DNA of 64,000 nt from Callorhinchus milii (Eukaryota): NCBI RefSeq assembly GCF_018977255.1, contig NW_024704743.1, positions 29,762,001 through 29,826,000 of the forward strand, read 5' to 3'. The translations under genes and the position numbers were made by a program. Positions 38,791-52,514 of the stretch are shown here, piece by piece (positions within the stretch are counted from its first letter, which is position 1; each line of letters starts with the position of its first letter). A model generated the notes under the pieces. That model worked only from the letters and a program-made list of their open reading frames with translations. It did no database searches and was not told the DNA's origin.

Positions 38791-41700
38791 ACAGCAGAGA
38801 GGTCAAGAAGAATGAGGAGACAGAGGTGATCTCTCGCACCCTGATCACAGATGGTCAAAATGGACAGGTGAAAGAGCCATTGAGTCTATCTGTGGTTTTA
38901 CACATCTCCCCCAAAATCTCCCCCATCTTTCCCCTCCTTTCTTGCAGATGGCAGTTCATGTTTTATGATATGATTCCACAAGTGGCAACTTCCCTCTAGT
39001 AATGGCCAAATAATTATTCTTCATATTCGAGGCTAGATATACAATGGAGCAATTAGGAATATTTGCCAGAGGAAACATCACAGCAAAGCATGATTCCCCC
39101 CTGACCCAATGTGGACATGCACCTTCAGTGAAAGTCACTAAACATTGATCATGTCCAGGTATAATTTTCTGCTCTCTTGCCTGGGAATGCTGAGTCCATT
39201 TGCATCATGGCTATAGTGGAGATCTGCTATCTCAGTATAGTCCGAGGATTGAACCATTGAACTTTCATACTTTATGTACCATGCTTTTATACCACTTTAT
39301 GTTGTGGTCTTTGAGGCTCAAATGGGGCATTAAAGTGGAGCTGCTGCAGATTTTACCTCCGCAGCTTTCCTCATTACAATTGCATTTCAGAAGGTCTCAG
39401 AAAGTGGTAAAAATACACCATCTCTCTTTGACCTCAGGTTGTAACAATGTTTTTTAACCTTGGGACTCCCTTTCTACATGATACTACACCTGCTTTGCTC
39501 AGGCAGCACTGTGGTTCATTAGAAAAGAGTGATGGTAAAAGATCTCTACTTTCTTAGTGTAATCAAAGAAACACCTGATGAATCTGTGGACTATTTGCTT
39601 CACATCAGATGTGCAGAATAGTTGACATCTGCAGAAGAGTTGACTAGACATCGGCAATGTTCTTCATACTATCTCCCCATCTCCCAGCCTCCAAATCCCT
39701 TCCCTTTTCCAACTTTGTAAGTTGCTCCAGCCTGTTTTCATCTCTGTAACTTGCTCCAACTCTATTTTTTGCCTGTCTCTACATTCTTCAGACTCTTGTC
39801 TACTGCCTGTTCCTCACGTCCATCTCAGCAGTAGTGAATCATGTCTTCAGCCATCATGTCTTCAGTCTCTGGAATTCAATCCCCAAACTGCTTCACCTCA
39901 TGACTTGTCCTTTCTGCTTTTGAAATTTTTAAAAAAGAGATTTCCTTGACAATGTCTGATCAATACCTTAAGATTTCGCTCCCTAGCTCCTCGATAATCC
40001 CCAACAATGATTGTAAAGTCCTTTAAAATGTTCATCCTAGTGGAAGGCTCCATTTAAGTGGAAGTGTTCATTCACAAAACACAGTCACTTCACTCTACAT
40101 TATATCTTGTGAAGAGTTTGGAGACGTCCTCCTGACGTGAAAGGCACTAGACCAAGGGTAAGTATTATTATTATTATTATAAACCTTTGTTGTTGCCAAT
40201 TAGTTTCCCAATGGTTAATCTCAGAAACATATTAGCATTAGATCACAAGAGAACTTTGGATGAAGAAGGTTCTTTAACCCATTTGATTTCATTCTTCTAG
40301 AATATCCACCCTACGGTGGCGTTTCGCCCACAAAATACACAGTCAATTCACTTTACAGTATATTCTGTGAAATGCTTTGAGATGTCTGAAAGACGTCATA
40401 AGGCACTGCATCAAATGCAAGGATTATTATTATTACTGTCCTTCCATCAAACCATGAAGCTTTTTGTTTTAATGTGTCCCGTGTCCTGGCCTCAACCACC
40501 CTTTTTCAGTTATTACCAATCCTCTGGGTAAATAAATATTTCCTGGTGTCTGTCCTGAAATTGCCCTTTGCAACTTCAAACTGATAAGAACATAAGAAAT
40601 GCCAGACAAAAAAAGACCAAGGTCCATCCAGTTCGCCTTCAACCTCCCTGTGGTTTCATGCACATATTGCCAAAACTACCATCAGATCATAAGAAATAAA
40701 TCTTGTTCTACTGTTCATCCTAAAATACTTGTCTCGGTTTACCTTTTCAATCCCATTTGAAATCTTGTACAATCTCTATAAAGTTCCCAATGAGACCTCA
40801 GCTTTCAAGAATGAAGAGTTCCAGGTTGCTTACCCGTTGCCCAAGGAGACCTGAAGCTTGCAGTCTGTAAAATGTTAAAGGAATAGGAATAGGGTGTCAT
40901 ATTTCAGCATGATGCTCAGCACCAAATACTGTAGAAGTTATTATAATAACAGCAACACGATCAAATTATTATCAGATTATTATCCAAACTAGAAAATTTA
41001 AAATAAAACTTTAAACACTTCTTGTTGTTCGTTCCCTGAAACAATTATTAGAAATCTGCATTCTAACCAGTCACATCACTATGCTTAAGAGTATTCAAAC
41101 CAGACTGAAATTTCCACCTCTGCGTACCTGCAAACCACGAACAGCATCGAAATTTCACTGTATCTATGAAAGATTTGATCAGGGAAAGTAAAGGCATTGT
41201 TAGTGGTGAGTGAGAAGCAGTTTCCCTCATCTGCCAAGAACTTCAAATGGCATTTTCTGACTAACCATATGTTAATTTGACACCAACAGGATGTTCCCCA
41301 TCAATGTTACATTTATTTTAATTATGTAACTTTATACTGCTTGACCTTTACAAATGAGTCATCTTTCCCAATGTTGACAGGAAACACTGGAAATGACAAC
41401 TGGGAGGAATTTAAGTTGCATGCCATTTTTTTGTGGAACAATTGAAAATCCTTGTTAAAACAACTCTTTTTTTTAGAAAAAAAATCCACAACTGAGAGTA
41501 ATGCAAATGCCTTAATCAAGAAAAAACAGTAGGTGCAACATGTCAGTAACACACTCGATAATCCTTCATTATATTCCTGGAATCTCTCCAACATGCCAGT
41601 CCGTCCACTTGTTTTCCAGTAGGAAGATTAGAAATCTCCCAAACCCTTGTGTTCACTTTCATAGGCATTTACCTACACTTTGCAAAGTCATTACACTTCA

Positions 41701-42019
41701 CAGAAAATCTGATGAAAAGTTTTGAGATGTCATCCCAACATGAAAACACTATATCAAATGAATATTCCATCATTATCAAATGATCAAAGGCACATTATGT
41801 TTTCTGTTTATTTGTTCGCGAAGGTAAATGGATAAAATAAATGTCTGCTTTCAGTTGGCTTGCCTCCCTCCACTGGTACTAAAAGGGTATTGCCCCACTG
41901 GGAAAGGCTACAAGTATTTTTTCTTTCACTGCACTTATTTCAAAGGCATATGGAACAGCACTGCTTATTTGGGTAAAATATAAACAAGCAGTGAGTGCGC
42001 TATACAGGTAAGTAGAAGT

Positions 42020-42088
42020 GGAGACCTGTAGCTCAGTGGTTAGAGCACTCGTGAAAAGCGCTATATCAAATGCAAGGGTTATTATTAC
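42020..42088 (+). mobile_element. Internally deleted mini-SINE (head fused to tail)
   Basis: GGAGACCTGTAGCTCAGTGGTTAGAGCACTCG joined directly to TGAAAAGCGCTATATCAAATGCAAGGGTTATTATT. Confidence 0.85.
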
Positions 42089-42114
42089 TGTATATAAAAG
42101 TAGAGCCAGCACAT

Positions 42115-42700
42115 GGAGAGAGAGAGAACATGTGTGTGGGGCAGCAGGGAGAGAGTGAATGAGATAGAAAGGGGAAGAGAGAGTAATTGACAGAGAGGGG
42201 AAGAAAGTGATTGAGATATGGAGAGAGAAAAGAGAGTTTGAGAGTGTGAGAAAGAGTGGAGGAGATTGAGAGAGAGTGATTGAGAGAGAATGTGTGGGAG
42301 ACAGGGAGAGAAACAAACAGAAATGACAATGGAGAGTGAGGAAGAGAGAAAGTGATTGATAGAGAGTACGAGGGGATAGATAGAGTGTGTGGGGGAGAGA
42401 AGGAGAGTGAGAGGAGAGTATTTGAGAGAGGTAGAGAGTACGTGAGAGAGTGGGGAGAGAGTGATTGAGAGAGGAAAAAGAGAGTGTGAAAGGGAAGAGT
42501 GGTAGAGGGAAGAGAGAGTGCGAGAAGTGAGAGAGTAGTAATTCACAGAGAGAGTGTGTGTCAAGCGTGTGTGTGCGAGAGAGTGCATGAGAGAGTGGGA
42601 GGTGAGGAGAGTGATTGAGAGAGGGAACACAAGGGAGAGGGATAGAGAGAAATAAAAATAGTGTGATAGCAATGAGAGAGAGAGAGAAAAAGAGAGACAA
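42115..42700 (+). repeat. Degenerate GA-rich low-complexity tract
   Basis: Purine-rich with recurring GAGAGTGATTGAGAGAG. It explains the S/L/H-rich minus-strand ORFs. Confidence 0.85.
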
Positions 42701-42704
42701 GTGA

Positions 42705-44597
42705 GGGCAGCGTTTCATTTTAATTCCAATTTCTTTAGTCATCCAGTTTTGGATGGCTAGAGCTCGGATTAAAATGAAACAGAAAAGGGAGATTTATGAT
42801 AAATGTCAGGCTCATAATACAGTAGAGAGTCAAACAGAATACAGAAGTGTAGAGGAGAACTGAAAAAAGAAATAAGAGACGCAAAGAGAATGTATGAGAA
42901 AAGATTGGCAAGTAACATTAAAGGGTACACTAACGTCTTCTATCAACATATCAAGAATAAAAGGATGGTCAAAGGAAAGGTGGGTCTGAGTAAAGACCAA
43001 AAAGGAAATCTTGTGGAGGCAAAGGGCATGGCTGAAGTATTGATTGAGTACTTTGCATCTGTCTTCACAATAGAAGAGGATGCTGCCAATGTCACAGTAA
43101 AGGAGGATGGGGTAGAGAAATTGGATAGGATAAAAAGAGATAGAGAGAAGGCACTTAAAGATTGGGAGCACTCAATGTAGAAAAGTCACCTGGTCCAGAT
43201 GGGATGCATATTGGGTGACTGAGGGAAGCAAGAGTGGAAAGAGTAGAGAACAATCTTTCAATCCTGCTTAGATGTGGGAGGTGGTGCCAGATGTGCCAGA
43301 GGACTGGAGGTTTGCAAATGTTACACCCCTGATCAATAAAGGGGTGAGGGATAAACACAGTAACTACAGGCCAGTCAGCCAAATGTTGGTTATTGGGAAA
43401 CGACTAAAATCATAGTCCGGGACAAAATTAATTTTCACTTGGAAAAACATGGGTTAATAAATGACAGCTGACACGGATTTGTTAAAGGCAAATTGTGTCT
43501 GACAAACTTGATTGTGTTCTTCGATGAAATATTGGAGAGGATTGATGAAACTATTGCCGTTGATGTAGTGTATATGGACTTTCAAAAGGCATTTGATAAA
43601 GTGCCACATAATAGACGTGTTAGCAAAAAAGAAGCCCATGGGATTAAAGGGATAGTGGCAGCATGGATATGAAATTGTTTGGGAGACAGAAAGCAGAGGG
43701 TGGTGGCATATGGTTGTTTTCAGACTGGAGGGAAATATACAGTGGTGTCCCCCAGGGGTCAGTAACAGGACCACTGCTCTTTCTGATATATACTAATGAT
43801 CTGGATTTGGGTACATGGAGCACAATTTTAAAGTTTACAGATGACAAAAACTTGGAAACATAGTAAACAGTGAGGAAGGAGGATAGCAACAGAAGGACAT
43901 AGACAGACTGGTGAATGGGCAGACATGTGACAGATGTAATTTAATGCAGAGAAGATTGCAGTGATGTATTTTGGGAGGAAGAAAGAGGCCAGCAATATAC
44001 ACTAAACAGAAGAGTTTTAAAGGAGGTTGGTAACAGAGAGACCTGGGGTTTCATATACACAGGGCTTCAAAGGTGGTATGATAAGTTAATAGAGCTGATA
44101 AAACACATATGCGATCCTTGGCTTTATAAATAGGGACATCGAGTACAAAAGCAAGGAAGTTCTGCTAAACCTTTATAAATCACTGGTTTGGCCTTAGCTC
44201 CAAGTCTGGGCACAATTGAGGAAGGATGTCAAGAACTTGGAGAGGGTGCAAAGGAGATTTACCAGAATGATACCAGAAATGAAGAACTTCAGTTATGTGG
44301 AGAAACTAGAGAAGCTGGGATTGTTTTCCTTAAAGCAGAGAAGGTTATAGGGAGATTTAATAAAGGTCTTCAAAATTATGAGGAGTTTTGACAGAGTAAA
44401 TAAGGAGAAACTGTTTCCATTGGTGGGTGGGTCGGTAACCAGAGGTCACAGATGTAGGATAATTGGCAAAAGAACCAGAAGGAAGATGAGGAGAAAGAGT
44501 AGGGGAGTAGGACTAATGAAATAGCTCTTTCAAAGAGCTGGCACAGGCACGATGGGTTGAATGGCCTCCTTCTGTGTTGTAGGATCCTATGATTCTA
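42705..44597 (+). mobile_element. CR1-clade LINE ORF2 remnant with 3' end
   Basis: YEKRLASNIK..MAEVLIEYFASVFT, VYMDFQKAFDKVPH, SGVPQGSVTGPLLFLIYTNDLD..LKFTDD. 3' tail ..CCTCCTTCTGTGTTGTAGGATCCTATGATTCTA. Confidence 0.9.
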
Positions 44598-45949
44598 ACT
44601 CTTCTTAATCTAAGGAGGAAGGGAGAGGGGACTATGAGTTGAAAAATTGGGCCCTGCCCTGAGGCTAGAGATAGTACAAGAGACCCCACTAAGCTGAGTA
44701 TACAGTCCATAAAATAATATCAAGTACTGTATTTAAGACTCAATAAGAGATCACACAGTTGAATATATTGAACTTATAGTCCCTCTAGTGGTACAGTTTG
44801 CACATCTGTTTTACCTCTCCCTGAGTAGTACTGTACCTATAGTGTGTATTACAGACTTAACTATATTATCGGCGTTCTTTTAAAACGCTTTTATTCCACA
44901 AGTGGTCCAAATATTTCCTCATCAAATAAAATGTATAAATTCTCATTTCACTTTTTTGTGTTGGTACTGGTACTGTATTCTTGTGTATTTTTGTGTGTGT
45001 ACTACATATGTGTGTGAATGTGCATACCCATATGTATATATGTCTGTACACTACTTGCATAAATAGAATTACATAGTATTACACAGAACATTAGAGAACA
45101 AAAACAGGATTTTGGCCTAACTAGTCCATGTGTTTATAGTGCGCATGAGCCTCCACCCCTCCAACTCCGCTCTTCATTAAATGAAATCAAAGTACAGTAA
45201 ATGCCCGGCTTACTAAACTCTGGCTATCCGGAATTTGACCCTAGCTGGACCAGGCCCAAGACTGATTTTTTTTAAATTTACACAGACGCAAGGTTTCCAC
45301 CAATGCCACAAATGATTTTAAACCTGCAAGGGTGATGGGGAGGGTTCGGGTGGAAATAACAGCAATAAAGATAAGAATAAGAAGGGATGAGAACAAAGGT
45401 CATAGTACAAAAAGTGGTAAAGATAACATAAATACTCCGGGAAGAAAAAAGGTTATGGGAAGTAATCACAAAAAGTGCGATAAGTCAAAAGTGTGAGAAA
45501 AACACCATTTGGGCATATGGGCAGGGTGGGGATAGTTACCCTAGTAAGAGTTCTGTACACGAATGCATGTAGCATAAGAAATAAAACAAGTGAGCCAGAA
45601 GCACAAATTCAGCAAAAACAACAACAACAAAATTACATTTATAGAGCGCCCTAAAGTGCTGAACAGTCAAGTGTCAAGGCCCGAGCATGGGGAAGGGATG
45701 GTGTAGCAGTGAGGGAAGGCAGAGAGGTGGGAGGGCAACCCAGGGCACGATCGAAGAGAAGGGTTTTGAGACCAGCCTTGAAGGAGGCAAGGGAGGAAGC
45801 GAGGCGAAGGGACCATGGGATTGAGTTCCAGAGTGTGGGGGCAGAGAGGCTGAAAGCATTCAAAGAAGTATTTGGTACAATACAAAACCAGTACATTCTC
45901 CCAAATGCAAAAGCTCAGCTTGTGTAGTTTAGCAACTATGGTTGACAAG

Positions 45950-47100
45950 TGGAGTAAGAGAGAGTACTAAGAAAAAAGAAAAGACTTACACTAAGGAAAA
46001 GTGGAAATCCAGTGGATTAAGAGAGCTATAAAAAGCAACAAAGAGATACAAAATAATAAGAGGTGCAAAAGGGCAACATGAGAAAAAATTGCAAAAGGCA
46101 ACAGTAAAAGCTATTATAAATGTATTAAGAGAAAGAGAGTGGTAAAGGGGACTGTGAGCCTATTAACGACATATGTAGGTAAGATTATAATAATAATCCT
46201 TGCATTTGAGCAATAGATAATGGACTATAAGGAAATGGTAGACTTGTTAATTGAATACTTTGCATCTGTTTTTACAGAGAAGAAGAGAACAAAACACCAG
46301 AGGTACAAGGGAACCAAAGTGAAGTGCTTAATGAATTTAATATAAATTTAAAAAATGATATTGTAAAAAATAATTGGAATAATGGTAGACAAATCTCCAG
46401 GATCTGATGGATTCCACCGCAGGTTATTAAAATAAATAGGGGAGGAAATCGCAGATGTGATTGTCTTAATTTTCCAAAGCTCTCTATATTAGTGTTCTTT
46501 GATTGGAAAATCACAAATATCACTCCATTATTTAAGAGACGAGGGAGGGAGAAACCAGGTAACTACTGCCAGTTTAACTTCAGTTGTCAGGGACATCAGG
46601 GACAGAATAACTGGACACGAGGACAAGTGTGAGATAATCAAAAGGTTCCACACAAGAGGTTATTAGCAAAAATGAAAGCGTACAAAATTGGAGGTAACTG
46701 GCTTGGTAATTGGTTGGGGGCGGGAAACAGAGTAGGGATAAAGAGAATGTTCTTTGATTGGTGAGATGTGACAAGTGGTGTTCCCAAGGGTCTGTACTGG
46801 GGCCTCAGCTTTTCACCATATATATATAAATGACTTGGATGAAGGAATAGAGAGTTTTATTTCCAAATTTGCAGACGATACAAAGTTACGAGACACAGTA
46901 ATTTGTGTAGGTGGGAGCAGAAAGTTACTAAAGGATTTATGAACGGATTTAAACAGATTAAGTGACTGAGCAAAACTGTAGCACATGGAGTTCAATGTGG
47001 GACAGTGTGAGGTTATCCACTATGGATCCAAAAAAGACAAAGCAGAATATTTTCTTAATGGTGAGAAACTAAAGACAGTGGAGGAGCAAAGAGATTACGA
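45950..47100 (+). mobile_element. CR1 ORF2 remnant
   Basis: EYFASVFT; TSGVPQGSVLGPQLF..INDLDEGIE..SKFADDTKL. Confidence 0.85.
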
Positions 47101-47699
47101 AGGAATTGTAATTGTTTGAATCCCGTACAGATAGCAAATAAGCTAACTTCTGCTTGTGGGACTAACTGAGTCAAAGTCGATATCACTGCCTGCTTGGCCA
47201 CTGAAGGCAAGCAAGCATGCTGAGCGCTCTGGGAGGTCCTCCCGACGTTAAAGGCGCGCTTTTAATGTAATTTTGTTGTAGTTGTTGTGAGGTTGGGCCG
47301 TGCGCTGGGGGAATTGGGCTGGTGGGAATTCACACTGGTGCAGTTTTCCCATTTTGATACCCGGAGTTGGATAACTTTCTTTTACCCTTTTAACCTTTTC
47401 TTTAAAAAAAACTTTTTTAAAAAAAACACTTTCCAGACTCCAGGTATCCAAATTTCGTAATTAGCCATATCAGACCCAAAACAGAAACAAAAATTGTAAT
47501 CTCCGTCTGGATAGGTAGGAATAAATTGGAGTTTACTGTATACAAAAAGAGAATTACCCCAGTATTTTGGCCAACAATATTCCAAATAAAATTGGTCCCT
47601 AATTTCATGTAGGACTTTGCATATTGGCTGCTGAATTCGCTCATAAAACACTTAGTGAAACATTTTGAGGAACCTTGACAATGTGGTAAGGCTGTATAC

Positions 47700-48312
47700 A
47701 AGGGGAAAAAAAGAAGAAGAAAGGAGAAATCCAGAAAAGAAAGGAAAAAGGAAAATCCAGAGGAAGAAGAAGAAAAAGTCAAATCCAGCAGAGAAAGAAG
47801 AAAAAGTCAAATCCAGGAGAGAAAGCAGAAGAAAGTGGAAATCCAGAGGAGAAAGAAGCAGAAAGGGGAAATCCAGAAGAGAAAGAACAATAAAAGGGAA
47901 ATCCAGAGTAGAAACAAGAAGAACAATAACATTTGTACAGCATCTTTCATGGTGGGAAGATGTCCCAAGGTGCTGGATAGTCAGTGTTCTGGGCCCAGGC
48001 TGGGGGTTAAGATTGGGGAGTGTGGAGAGCAGGGGAAGCAGAGTGATTGAAAGCAGGGTCGAAGAGGAAAGACTTGAAATTGTTCTTGAAGGAGGCATGC
48101 AGTTCCAGAGAGCGGGGGCAGAGTGGCAGGAAGGGTGAGGTGGGGGATGTGAAGCAGGCCGGAGCCAGCTGAATGGGAAGTACAGAGGAGAAAGAAGAAA
48201 AAACAGAAATCCAGAGGAGAAAGCAGAAGAAATGGGAAGTCCAGAAGAGAAAGAAAAATAAATGGGAAATCTAGAGGAGAAAGAAGAAGAAATTGGAAAT
48301 CCAGAGGAGAAT
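47700..48312 (+). repeat. A-rich minisatellite (AAATCCAGAGGAGAAAG core, ~30-bp period) split by an L2 tail (47920-48185, minus)
   Basis: Repeated AAATCCAG units on both sides of the L2 fragment. Confidence 0.8.
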
Positions 48313-48329
48313 TGGTACTTTGGTAAGTA

Positions 48330-49650
48330 AACAAATATATTATTTTCCATCCATTCAAATAATATTTCCTTCCTGGATAGTTTTGTGCCCATGTGAAGTA
48401 GTTTACATTTTTCCACATTGAATTTCATCGACATTGATCTGCCCGATTCTTATGTATGTTCGAATCCTCCTGTAACCTATCTTATTCAGTATTGCAATCT
48501 ACCACCTTCATTCGCTTTGTGTCATCTGCAAACTTAGTCACTGTGCTTGCAACTCCTATTTCCAGATGATTTATAAAAATATTAAACAAAAGAGGTCCCA
48601 AAACAGACCTTTGTGGAACTCTACTGGTGACATTTTTCTAGTCTGATGATATTCCTTTTACCAGCACCCTCTGGGTTCTTCTGGTCAACCAGTTACATAT
48701 CTATTGTAATACTCTTCCACTGGATCCTTCTTTTTTCCTTTCAGTTGCAGCTTCACAAGAGCAACTGTATGAGAGGCTTTACTGAAATCCAGATATAGAA
48801 CATCCACAGCCTTATCAAGTTTCTTTGTCACACCATCAAAGAAAACCAGTAAATTTAGATTGGTAAAACCTCCCCTTCATGAACCCATATTGGCTATCAT
48901 ATATAACTTTATTTCTGCCCAAGTGCTCTGTGATTTTATCCTTAATAAGATTCTACATAATTTTTCCACAATAGATGTCAAATTTACTGTTCTTGTATCC
49001 TGGGTCACTTTTGTTACCTTTCTTAAAAATAGGAGTAACGTCTGCCTTTCTACAGTACACCGGCATGTTCCAGTGTTCAGAGGTTTGTGCCAGCATTACT
49101 GCACCTTATTCACTTAGTTCCTAAAGGACACTTGGATGCAGGCAGGGCGAAACCTTGGGCAAGCTTCCTTACTCCACACGCCTAATAATAATCCCTCCAA
49201 AAAACCCAAAACAATAATAAATTGGTCATTTTCAATCTACGACTGTTTGTGGGACATTGCTGTGCGCAATTGGCTGCCGCGTTCGCCCACAGTCAATTCA
49301 CTTTACAGTGTGTTCTGTGAAGCGCTTTGGGACGTCCTCCCGACGTGAAAAGCGCTATATCAAATGCAAGGATTTATTATTTATCCGGCCCCTGAGATTT
49401 ATTAACTAAGTTTGTATAACTGTTTAGCAATGATGCGGGTAGTGATATGAATAGTATTGCCACTTTTCTCTGTGACATCCTTGAGTTCTCTTTCCAGATC
49501 AGTTAGTTTACCTGTCTGCCCCTTAGTAAAAACTGAAACAAATAACTTATTTAGCACTGTTGCAGCCTGTGCAGCAATATTTGGCATGTCCTCTCACGAT
49601 CCTACCTTCAGTGGCCATATTCCATCGCTTGCTTTCTTGTTCTCTTGAAG
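48330..49650 (-). mobile_element. CR1 ORF2 remnant interrupted by a SINE
   Basis: Minus strand: [44 protein letters not shown]. Confidence 0.82.
49141..49380 (+). mobile_element. 5'-truncated young SINE inserted into a CR1 fragment
   Basis: Starts at GGCAGGGCGAAACC and ends AAATGCAAGGATTTATTAT. CR1 sequence resumes on both sides. Confidence 0.9.
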
Positions 49651-49674
49651 TATCTGAAAAACATTTTGTTTCCG

Positions 49675-49975
49675 TAATCGAGCCTTGAGGTGACGAATGC
49701 GTGGGTGAGGGTTTCGGCAGCCTGAGGGGTGAGGCAATGGCGGAGTCTGGCAATGTTGCAGAGGTGGTGGTAGGCAGTGCCGGTCATGGCGCCAATGTGG
49801 GAAAGAAAGGACAGTTCAGGGTCAAACAAGACACCCAGGTTCCTGACTGGCTTAGTAAGGTTGAGCGTGCAGCTGTGGAGGCTGATGCTGCCAGCGCCTG
49901 AGGTGCGGAGGTGCTGACGCGACCCAATCAGGAGGGCCTCGGTCTTGCTGACGTTGAGTTGCGGAAAGGGCGGAT
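49675..49975 (-). mobile_element. L2 RT fragment
   Basis: QLNVSKTEALLIG..VRNLGVLFDPELSF..HAFVTSRLDY. Confidence 0.85.
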
Positions 49976-50523
49976 GTGGGGAGGTGGCACGTAATCGCAG
50001 GGGTGGCGCGCAATCGCGGGGGTGGGGGGTGGCGCGCAATCGCGGGGGTGGGGGGTGGCTTGCCATTTGGATCGGTCTCTGCATGTGTTAGACACCCGAT
50101 TGACTGAAAAAAATGGAATCCATTCCGTTTTCATTTCAAACAGCAGCTTCGCAGCACTTGATAAACGACACAGGAATTGTGGCCGGTTTGTCAACTTTGT
50201 ATTGTGTTGGAAACAAACTATAGGCACATCTTTTCACATTTGTTGAAATGTATAGTTGTTCAGAAGTATTGAGGTTATTCCAGCGTGGGTCAAACCCATT
50301 TTCATTCCTATAATTTAATCCTCATTACCTTGCTTAAATCTGTCATTTTGATCCAAAATTAACTGTTTGCTAATGGAGATTGAATTGCTTTTGTGTAATG
50401 AATATTGGCAGTCTGACATGAGACAGATCATTCACACAGCAACATTTTTAAATATAAAACTTTTATGTCAGATTGAGATGCAGAAGTGATGAAATGCACC
50501 AAGATAGAACTTGCATGTCATTT

Positions 50524-51055
50524 ACAGACTTGTATGTGAGTGCTGCTCTACATATTTAACACTATTGCCATGCATCACATAATTTATCGAAATCTTCATT
50601 TTTGTGGAGTCATGTAGCTCAGTGGTTAGAGCACTCGCCTTGCAAGCGAGACCCCTGGGTTCAATTCCAGGCAGTGCGAAACCTTAGGCAAGTTTCCTTA
50701 CTCCACACGTCTAATAATAATCCCTCCAAAACAATAATAAATTGGTCATTTTCAATCCACGACTGTTTGTGGGACACTGCTGTGCGCTAATTGGCAGCCG
50801 CGTTTCGCCCACAAATATACAGTCAATTCACTTTTCGGTCTATTCTGTGAAGTACTTTGAGATGTCGAGAAGATGTGAAAAGTGCTATATCAAATGCAAG
50901 GATTATTATTATTATTACAGTGTAATTTTTTTCTAATTGTGATCTTAATGTAAAAACTTCTTTTTTCTTGAAAACAAAAATAAGGATTTCGATAAATTGT
51001 GTGATGCATGGCAATAGTGTTAAGTATGTAGAGCAGCACTCACATACAAGTCTGT
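50524..51055. repeat. ~82-bp inverted repeat flanking a SINE
   Basis: 50524-50605 and 50974-51055 are near-perfect reverse complements. Confidence 0.9.
50606..50917 (+). mobile_element. tRNA-Ala-derived SINE, full length
   Basis: Head, body and (ATT)n tail as in the other copies. Confidence 0.9.
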
Positions 51056-51109
51056 TGATGTTCACCTTTGAAATGAAAAAAACAAAAGGAGTTATGAATT
51101 TTTGTTAAA

Positions 51110-51362
51110 TTATAATCCTTGCATTTGATATAGCGCCTTATCACGTCTTTGAGACATGTCAAAGCACTTCACAGAATATATTGTAAAGTGAATTGACTAT
51201 ATACTTTGTGGGCAAAACGCGGCAGCAGTGTCCCACAAACAGTGATGGATTGAGTGACCAATATTTTTTAAGGAATTATTAACCCCGGAAAAACGATTCA
51301 CCAATTGACTAACAACCAGGTTCCTACTTACTGCTAGGTAAACAGAGGCGTGTGGAGTAAGG
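51110..51362 (-). mobile_element. SINE, long subfamily, 5'-truncated
   Basis: Reverse complement of body and tail, including the GTTTACCTAGCAGTAAGTAGGAACC segment. Confidence 0.85.
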
Positions 51363-52514
51363 ATCTGCCCTAAATAAGACAGGGGTTAACCCCATTCGTT
51401 CCATCCAAAACACACTTCAAAATGTAAATTCCCTCTTAAGTAAGGCACTTTTCAACTCTGCGACATCAGAATTTAGATTTGTGCAAAATTGTTTGTTTGT
51501 AAATTATTGGAAGTTCTTGGAATAATTATTGCACCATCTACAGGGTGATAAGGACTTCCTTCCAGCTGCAGCCCAGGTCCGCCCACCAGAAGCCTCAACC
51601 AGGAGTGGAGAAGCTGCCTCCTGCACACTGCATTAATCAGACCATCCATCAGCCTCGCAAGTGAAGTGAACCTCATGTTCACACGGACACATCACCCCCG
51701 ACAGACAACAATTCTGGGATGAAGTATTAAACCAATTGTGTTGGATTCAAATGTACCAGACAGGAGCAAGAGTTTTTAAAAACTCACCTATGGCTTTAAA
51801 TTTTATAATCCTTGTTCAGATAAGTTTGGCAAGTTATGACTTTGTGGACATTGTTTAATTAAAGCTTGGACACTTTTATAGAAAACAAATTCAAAAATAT
51901 TGAAGACATTCTGTCTGGATGTTAAGCAGCTTGCAATATACCTAATGTTGACAATATTGTCGGGCACAAATGTGTTTAGTACTGTGTCATGCATTGTTTT
52001 AATCATTCTTGTGTGGGAGAATATCAGTGTAAAATAAAAAAAATCTTGTTCCAGACTGACCGTTGTATTTCAAAACTGTTTCATTCTAATCCACCGCAAT
52101 TTATTTAAGAATCTGTCGTGGCCAAATGTGTAATCTAAAATATTTTAGACTTCCAGGGATGACCAGTCACCCACTGTGCCCTTACCTTATTTGTAGATCA
52201 AGTTAACATACCACAAGGCTGGCAGACCTCTTTAGCTGGATTAAAGCTCTGGCTTCCTTGGATCATTGATCCAAATCCCACAGCTGCCAGCTAGTGTACT
52301 GATTCATGTAAACACTAGTACAGCTCCCAAAAGAAAAAAATGCAATCTTTGGTGTGTGTGTGCGCATGATTCGCACAAGGAACAAACTTGTTTGTTAGGA
52401 CCCTCTCCCAACCTCTCTTTAAACATTTGACAGAATGAACAACATGACCAGTTTATTGGAAGTTTCTAATCATGAGATATAATTGACATCCAATCGGGTC
52501 AAGTATATTTCCTG

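Noticed and set aside
37390..39000. Acceptor-like sites (about 37393 and 38948) in unique intergenic DNA
   Set aside because: No recognisable protein or consistent exon chain follows.
41879..42742. 287-aa and 195-aa minus ORFs
   Set aside because: Translations of a degenerate (TC)-rich tract.
47652..48434. 260-aa minus and 157-aa plus ORFs (F/S-rich or K/R-rich)
   Set aside because: Chimeras of a CR1 end, an A-rich minisatellite and an L2 tail.
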